From Podarcis gaigeae (taxonomy: Eukaryota): 64,000 nucleotides of DNA. Positions 57,846-64,000 of the stretch are shown one piece after another; position 1 is the first letter of the stretch, and every line of letters begins with the position of its first letter. The DNA is taken from assembly GCA_964106915.2 (NCBI GenBank), contig OZ066915.1; one strand, 5' to 3'. A program made the position numbers and the translations under genes. A model generated the notes under the pieces. It was given only the letters and a program-made list of their open reading frames with translations, did no database searches and was not told the DNA's origin.

Positions 57846-60800
57846 CTTATTTATACCCCCCCATCTGGCTGGGTTTCCCCAGCCACTCTGGGCGGCTTCC
57901 AACAGAACACTAAAATACAATAACCTATTAAACATTAAAAGCTTCCCTAAACATGGCTGCCTTCAGATGTCTGCTAAAAGTCTGGTAGTTGTCTGGTAGG
58001 GTGCATGCTGTCCTAGGTTTAATCCTCAGCATCTCTAAGTAGGGCTGGGCATTGCCCCCTCTCTGAACCTCTGGTGAACTGCTACCAGTCAGTGACTGAG
58101 CCAGACAGACCAGTTAAGTCTGAGGCAGTGCAAGCATGGCAACTTCCTCGGTTCCTAACTACCACTCAGCCTCCCCTTCCTTTCTTGTTCCACATATTAG
58201 TGCAAAGCAGCCCTGGGAAACTGCTGAAGGGCGTGGTATAATTCAAATAAATAAAAACGGGCTCCTTGTACTGCAATGCTCTTCTCCCAAGGCTCAGGAG
58301 GCAAGATGGTGCAATCAGTTGCAATGCTGTGCCTCTCTCTTACTTCATTTAGCCTTGACTAAGGTTCTTTCTTTTCTTTTTCCTTTTGCCTGATTATCAG
58401 GAGTGAATTTCAACACCCCCACCCACTCATTTGGGGATCCCTGAACCCCCCTCATCCTGTGTTGTGTGTGTACTGTATATTACAGGTATCGCAAGAAGAC
58501 AACAGTCCGGTTAAGACTGACAGTTTGGTGCCCTTTTGTAGAAGTTAATTCACCACCATAATCTAATGGTGAGAACCTGGGCGCAGAGTTCATTCAATCA
58601 GACTTCTAATCTTGCCTGCCCAGGGAGCACTGTGCGCTTCTGTGTCCACAAACGCAGCAAACATGAGAGGAACGCCAATACAAGCAGTAGGAGGGAAGTA
58701 CAAAGCCAAAACACTGGAGGGTGGAGGGGATGGTGGAGAGAATGTGTGTTGCTAGACAGGGCTTTTCACCACCTGCTTCTAAAAGCTGAACGACAAGAGT
58801 ATCGGCAGGTGCAGCTTCACTGGCTGCTACAGCATCGTGGTGGGAATTGCCATATTCCAACTCAAAGGGCCAGGGAGTGCACTTTGGGTCAGCAGCCAGG
58901 CAACTGCAAAGTTATGTTTGGGCTGTTCTGTCTGGTCTGCTGCATTCATCAGCAAGTCTAAACTCTCCCGTAGGCCCTGGGCTCTTCCAGATAATTTGTT
59001 TTTATTTCACAATAAATGTGCAGTCGTTGCTCAACTTTTCTGCAGTGGATCCAAATGCGGTGACCGGACGCAAAGCGGGACAGGGCTCCTCTATCGCCAA
59101 GCCAGGAGGGAAGGAATTTCTGCAAGATGCAGCTTGCCATGCATGGGTGAGAAAAGCTGCACCTCCCTGAAATTCCCACTTCTCTACAAGTCTTAAAGCT
59201 ACAGGAGCCTGGTCATTCTGTGCTTTTTCTTCCCCTCACCCACGTGGCACATAAAATTCATTCTTAACCCCTTACTGAATTAGTTTTATGCTGTTTAGGA
59301 GCTAGCTTTTGTATTGCAGGTATCAATTTCCCCCCATAATGTATTTGTAAAGCTAACCTGGCAGTTGCTTTTTTCTTTTTCTGGAAGCACATATTATTCC
59401 TCCAGCTTTGTTTCCTTTTGCCCACAGGTGTGGGCTCATCTACATGGGAGTTCAGTGTGGTTTTGCAACTTCTTGTGCCTCAAATTTTTTTGGTATTGCC
59501 CACATAATGGCCTCCTCACTCAAGTGACAAGCCAGATGGGCAGGGTACAAATAATAAAACTACTGCTGTTACTATTATTATGCTCCTTCCACCATAAAAT
59601 TATTATATATCTCCAGCCTTGGGGATAATCTGATAATGAAAGTATATCCAATATGAAATTACATCTGGATATACTGTAGTGCATTGTGTGGGGGCGTATT
59701 TTTACATGTGTCATTACATCTCACTCATTGCTGTCTGTCACCACACCCTCTACTCCCATTTTACTTCTGTCAGCTCAAATGAAGGGGCATTAAATAATAA
59801 TAATAATAAAACTGCTAAAAAAAATTACAGAACAGCTATATCAAATGTAAAAATGAAATTTGCTTTGTGCCCATTGGTGGTGGGCGATGAGCCATCTTCC
59901 TGGCAATGATTATGCAGGTTGCAGAGATGTGACCAATTTCCAATTACTTGATTGGTGAGAGTGGCTGGGGAAACCCAGCCAGATGGGCACAGGAATGAAT
60001 AATAAAATTGTTATCTAAAGATGAAGCAGGGCCCCTGCTTTCTTTGCAAACACGCACACTTTCTCAATGGAAACAGATTGGAGGTTCCTGTACACCTACC
60101 TGCCAGGCCGTTCTTTATCCTTGTACGGTGCTCTTCAGTGACCTACTGGTGGTTCTGGCCATGACATATCATTTAATAAAAAAAATTTTCGCTTGCTATT
60201 TGTGCAAATCTGGCAGATCTCTCCTCCTATAAAGCATGCTTGAAGCATTGGCTTTGGCAGAAGTTTCTTGTAACACCATTCCACAGATAATTAATTTTTC
60301 TTTTCCTTTTTAAAAGGTGCCCGTTTGCCATTCCATGCATGCCCAGAATGGATGCCAGACCTCACAGAGGGTTGGGGGATTATTATTTATATTTATGTCT
60401 CTGAATTGCTTTGCTCCCGACAATGACTCAGGGTTACTGACAGACACAGGTAGGGGGGAGGGAACAACAGTACACAGCAGAAATAGATCCCATCAGGCAC
60501 CTCCCACTTGTGCGGGTAGGAAACATCAGCATCGGTTTGGGAGACATAACATTGAAAGCACTTGGATGTGAGCAGACAGACACACGCCTGGCACCATTCA
60601 TCCACAAACCATCCATCCATGCCCCAATGTGTGGACATAACCAATGCAAAACATGGGATGTGATCAATGTACCACTGGAGCTCAGTGAGTGATGGCAGTA
60701 ATGCAGCACTAAGACTAAGAACTGGGGTTTGGAAAGGTTTTGGGTGTGTCATGATGCTCGGCAAATTTAAGCTAATCCAGCTTTCTTAAGGATGGCTGCA

Positions 60801-63378
60801 GGGCCTACGACAGGAATTTTATCAGCGATCAAGCTTCCTCCACTCCAGCGCCCTGGATGGCTGTGTTTGCTTGTGGGGTTGTTTTTTTGGGGGGCGGGGG
60901 TGTTGAATGCTATGGGACAGTGTGAATCCAAACCGATCATGCATACGATTGTTGGCAATTTAAATGTGCAACTATATGGTTTTGTGGAGAGCAGCCAAGG
61001 CATGTTTCAGAGGCCTCTTTATATTACCAGAAAATGATATGCTGATCAGTGTTCGAAATTCTCCAGGCCACTTGCGACCAAGCAAACATGATGTCTCCAC
61101 CATCTGGAGATGCATGCCTGGGGATCCTTGGATCTTGACTGCTTTCACACACTAACAACACATCCTGTAGAATTGTATCCGTGATATTTTATTTTTGCAA
61201 TTAGAATGAATTTCAGGAACCAAAAGGTTGTATTGAAAAATACGACTTTCGAGCCGTCTGGCCGCTACATGGCAACTAGACATTTCGTTTTGACAACTGT
61301 AACTCTGGTTTAAAGAGCAATTTGGCACCTAGCTTATATATCTAACACTGATCATTGCTGATCAAAGCCAAAGACCATGAGTTAGGCAAGAGGAGCCTCT
61401 TTGGAGGCCAGCATGTGTGGTGTTGGTGCAAGTCAGGATCTCCTTTTAATGGCGGGAGGAGAGATGGGACAGCAAAGTCTTATGCAGTGAAATATGTCTC
61501 ATTCATAAATTTGTACCTGTCTCTTCCTCTATGCGTTTTGCATCATCCCTGGGAGGCAGGTTAGACTGGAAGATAGCTGGGTGGCCCTGTAGTTGCCCTA
61601 CCTGCTGGGTTTGAATCTTGGTTTCCAACTTTCAGGCCCATCGGTAAATCAGTTCCAGCCACTTTGAGCATTGTTCTCTACAGTGCTATCACCTTTGGAG
61701 CATGCAACATTTACACACTTTATTTAGCGGAAACTATGGGGGAAACAGAGGAAGACAGGATTGGATCTGATTCCACTACTCCAGATCTTGCTCCGCTAGA
61801 CATGGTGTAATGCTGAGAACCACATTGCTTGCTTCCTGCCTTTGTCTCTTCATGTGGGTAACTATTCTGTGTCACCAAGTCCTCTTCTTCCTCTCCTTGC
61901 AGCTCACCCCCGGGGGCAAGGCAGCCCAAGCAGGTGTGGGAGTAGGTGACTGGGTGCTAAGCATTGATGGAGAGAACACGAGCACCTTGACCCACATTGA
62001 AGCACAGAACAAGATCCGTGCATGCGGGGACAAGCTCTCGCTCAGCTTGAGCAGGTAAGAGGCTCTTGGTGTGAATTAAGATACCAGGAGCATGGCATAC
62101 ATTATAGGATCGAGAAGTGGTTACAGCTGACATACTCCTTGCACTCAAGCCCAGTCCTCAAAATAATAACTCACTGGTTCTCAAACTTTTTTCTCTGGGT
62201 CACACTTCCAGAATAAAAACTTGCTCACGCCACACCATTTTTTTTATTGATAAGAAATACATTGGAAAGCAAAAAGAGAACCAACTAGCAGTGCTTGATC
62301 CAGAAAGTATAGAACAATGCAGCTACATAATAACATGTATCATTCCCAAAATATAATGATCAACGAGCCTCTTACGTATGTACTTTAAGCATGTATACAA
62401 ACTGAATGAGAGGTGTGAGCTTGCTTTTGCTGGTAGCTTCATTTATATTAGGTCTAACTTGAGTCAGAAACTCTCATCAACACAAAGAAGCCTTTCTCTT
62501 TTCTGATCTTTTGCATTTGTCAGAGTTGAATATCCCTATTCACTACAATGTGTCGTGGGACTGCAGAATAGCCAATGCTGCTCTCCAGCACACGTTTCAA
62601 ATGGCAATCCTGCATCACAACTTGATGCTCAATATCACTTAATGCTCTTGCTCTTTTTGAAAATATACCTATCCATATTTTGCAGTATAGATAGATACTA
62701 CACTACACTGAAATATTTAAAAGTTTCTTTCTCCTTGAATCTTCGTGCCACACTTTCCATCCTCTCCTGCCGCACCAATGTGGCGTCCCACACCCTTTGA
62801 GAAGCACTGTCTTAACTCATAAACATAGCAGTAGGCTAACTAGCTTTTCACTTTGGTGAACTGCCACCGCTTCATAGCATATTTATACCCACAGTGATCT
62901 TGGCTGCATCTGAATCACTGGAGAGTGGAAGAAAGCCTCTCTAACTCTCCAGGGGTCCTTATTCAGCCAGCCAGAGTGATGCTTAAGTGAGTGTGTGAAT
63001 GAGTGGATATTAACCCTGAGAGAGGCCAAGGGTGTGCTCTTAGGACAGAGGGCTTTTAGCCATGCCCCAGAAGAGTTTTCTCCCAGGCAACCTAGGCAGG
63101 ACCATCCAGTCACTGGATCTTCCATGGCTGTCACCACTATCTTCCCTCATGGTGTGAAAGGGAGCAGGCTGCTTTCCTCATGTTGCTGTGGCCCTGCTCT
63201 CTGAGCATATTCTCTGCTGGGAAGTGCAGCTCTGTTGCTGCAAGTCAAAAGCACCTGCTGCCACCCTCTTGCCTGTTATTGCTGCCCCAGGAGAGCCCCT
63301 GCCCGGCAGTGCCTTTCTTCTCGTTAACGGCAGCTTTTCTCTTGCAGAGTCCAGAATCTCCTCGGCAAGCCTCAGAAG
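41167..63378 (+). CDS. PDLIM7: PDZ and LIM domain protein 7 (Enigma), 5' part; continues beyond the window
   Basis: join(41167..41271,61903..62054,63348..63378): (MSD)[57 protein letters not shown]...[34 protein letters not shown] domain with PDLIM7-type residues, and syntenic after DOK3. Confidence 0.95.
43087..43114. repeat. (AGC)9 microsatellite
   Basis: Read directly; intronic. Confidence 0.9.
44791..45771. mobile_element. Non-autonomous hAT (Charlie-like) DNA transposon with an internal 118-bp GC-rich tandem array
   Basis: TIRs cagtgtttcccaacc...ggttgggaaacactg, flanks atctagac(g)/atctagag. Repeat units start at 45204, 45321, 45439 and 45557. Confidence 0.85.
46046..46401. mobile_element. 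Tc1/mariner-pogo type MITE
   Basis: TA|cagtggtgcctcgcaaga...tcttgcggggcaccactg|TA, with internal gcttagcgg repeats and CpGs retained. Confidence 0.85.
48132..48325 (+). mobile_element. tRNA-derived squamate SINE (Squam3-like)
   Basis: cagctccatggtagagc...ggttcagtccccagcacctcc...gccagtcagtgtagacaatactgagc...taaggcagc. Related copies near 27430, 34570, 40700, 56130 and 58000. Confidence 0.65.
48329..48838 (+). mobile_element. CR1 LINE 3' end, 5' truncated
   Basis: Encodes [60 protein letters not shown] (CR1 ORF2 C-terminus) and ends in (ATTCTATG) repeats. Confidence 0.93.
49679..49734. repeat. (GAAA)14 microsatellite
   Basis: Read directly from the sequence. Confidence 0.95.
51256..51617 (-). 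mobile_element. Sauria SINE, full length, with target-site duplication
   Basis: TSD tgagaaag(c/t)tggta at 51242-51255 and 51618-51631. Confidence 0.92.
52200..52335. mobile_element. Palindromic hAT MITE with perfect 8-bp TSD
   Basis: cactagag|cagtgtttcccaacc...ggttgggaaacactg|cactagag, with perfectly complementary arms. Confidence 0.92.
52985..53185. mobile_element. Partial Tc1/mariner-pogo type MITE
   Basis: Repeated ttcttaacctga and right TIR gaggtaccactg|TA. Confidence 0.7.
53360..53510. mobile_element. Small TIR element
   Basis: catgggcgtagcca...tggctacgcccgtg inverted termini. Confidence 0.65.
54969..55207 (-). mobile_element. Sauria SINE, 5' truncated, with TSD
   Basis: TSD gagggaat(t/a)gata at 54956-54968 and 55208-55220. 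Confidence 0.9.
56756..56887. other. Assembly gap
   Basis: Run of N. Confidence 0.99.
57016..57053. repeat. (AC)n microsatellite
   Basis: Read directly from the sequence. Confidence 0.95.
57799..57980 (-). mobile_element. L2-type LINE 3' end with (AAC)16 tail
   Basis: (AAC)16 at 57799-57846, then ttatttataccccccatctggctgggtttccccagccactctgggcggc. The opposite-strand version appears near 59960. Confidence 0.65.
61903..62054 (+). CDS. PDLIM7: PDLIM7 second coding exon
   Basis: 152 nt encoding the rest of the PDZ domain, AG/GTAAGA bounded. Confidence 0.96.
62172..62809. mobile_element. Older non-autonomous hAT element
   Basis: cactggttctcaaa...tttgagaagcactg TIRs, with 8-bp flanks taataact/tcttaact. 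Confidence 0.65.
63348..63378 (+). CDS. PDLIM7: PDLIM7 31-nt exon
   Basis: cttttctcttgcag|A GTC CAG...CAG AAG|gtacgt. Phase fits the previous exon, and it ends KPQK like the human exon. Confidence 0.85.
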
Positions 63379-63981
63379 GTACGTCTTCCTCTGCTTCCTC
63401 CGTGGTGGGTCTGCTCTCTCACAGACCTCGCTGGGCACCAGTTCTGCCGCTGGTCTAGGGGAGCTGTGGGATAGTTGAGGAAACACAAGTGCCTTCGCTT
63501 GTTTGACACTTCTTGAGTTAGGTGCTCGATGTAAAAGCCAAAATAAATAAATGAGACTGTAGTGGGGTGTGAAGAATCCATTCTGAAACTCAGGATAATA
63601 ACAAATACCAGTGTGTTTTAAGCTGCACAGCCCTTCTCCAGGGGGCTGTTTGAGCTACACCGATTGTGCTATATCTGTGGGCCAAACTCTGTGGCTATGT
63701 CTGCCATATGCTTATAAGGCTTTTCTAAGTCAGACATTCCTACTGCATTCACCATGCCCTCAAATAAGTGATGTGCAGCTTGCAACTCCTTGGCATTTTG
63801 ATTATTTGAAGTTTCCAAGCAAGAGTGTTTTGTATGTATCTATTGCTATCGTCTTCCTTTTTACACCTGGTTTTGGTGGAATCTTCCCCCCTTGGTAGCT
63901 CACTTTTGGAGCTATCCAGGCACCGTAGCCTGAACCTTGGTGTGCTGGCACTAAAGGAGCTCACTGCTGCCTTTTCCCCAG

Positions 63982-64000
63982 CCCTCCAAATCTATAGCAG
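63982..64000 (+). CDS. PDLIM7: Possible start of the next PDLIM7 exon
   Basis: ccttttccccag acceptor, phase-0 reading PSKSIA, truncated by the window edge. Confidence 0.4.

Overview
Vertebrate genomic DNA, very probably from a lacertid lizard, judged by several Sauria SINE copies, squamate hAT and Tc1-mariner MITEs and CR1/L2 LINE remnants. Four + strand genes lie in the same order as human 5q35.3: the last coding exon and 3' end of FAM193B (1260-1356); a complete 17-exon DDX41 (7285-17916, 1869 nt, 622 aa); a complete DOK3 with 5 coding exons (18734-29387, 478 aa); and the 5' part of PDLIM7 (CpG-island promoter at about 36 kb, coding exons at 41167, 61903 and 63348). There are two assembly gaps. 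Two observations stand out. (1) The first coding exon of DOK3 and a PU.1/AP-1 motif cluster sit inside the predicted DDX41 3' UTR, upstream of the first canonical DDX41 poly(A) signal, so the two genes appear to overlap on the same strand. (2) Between DOK3 and PDLIM7, a 627-nt intronless minus-strand reading frame (32916-32290, one internal stop) encodes a glycoprotein-like sequence I cannot assign to a host gene. It ends in a CR1-type (ATTCTATG)n tail and weakly resembles herpesvirus glycoprotein H by eye, making it a candidate LINE-captured endogenous viral element. Most other ORFs in the track are non-coding noise. All homology calls come from recalled sequences, not database searches.
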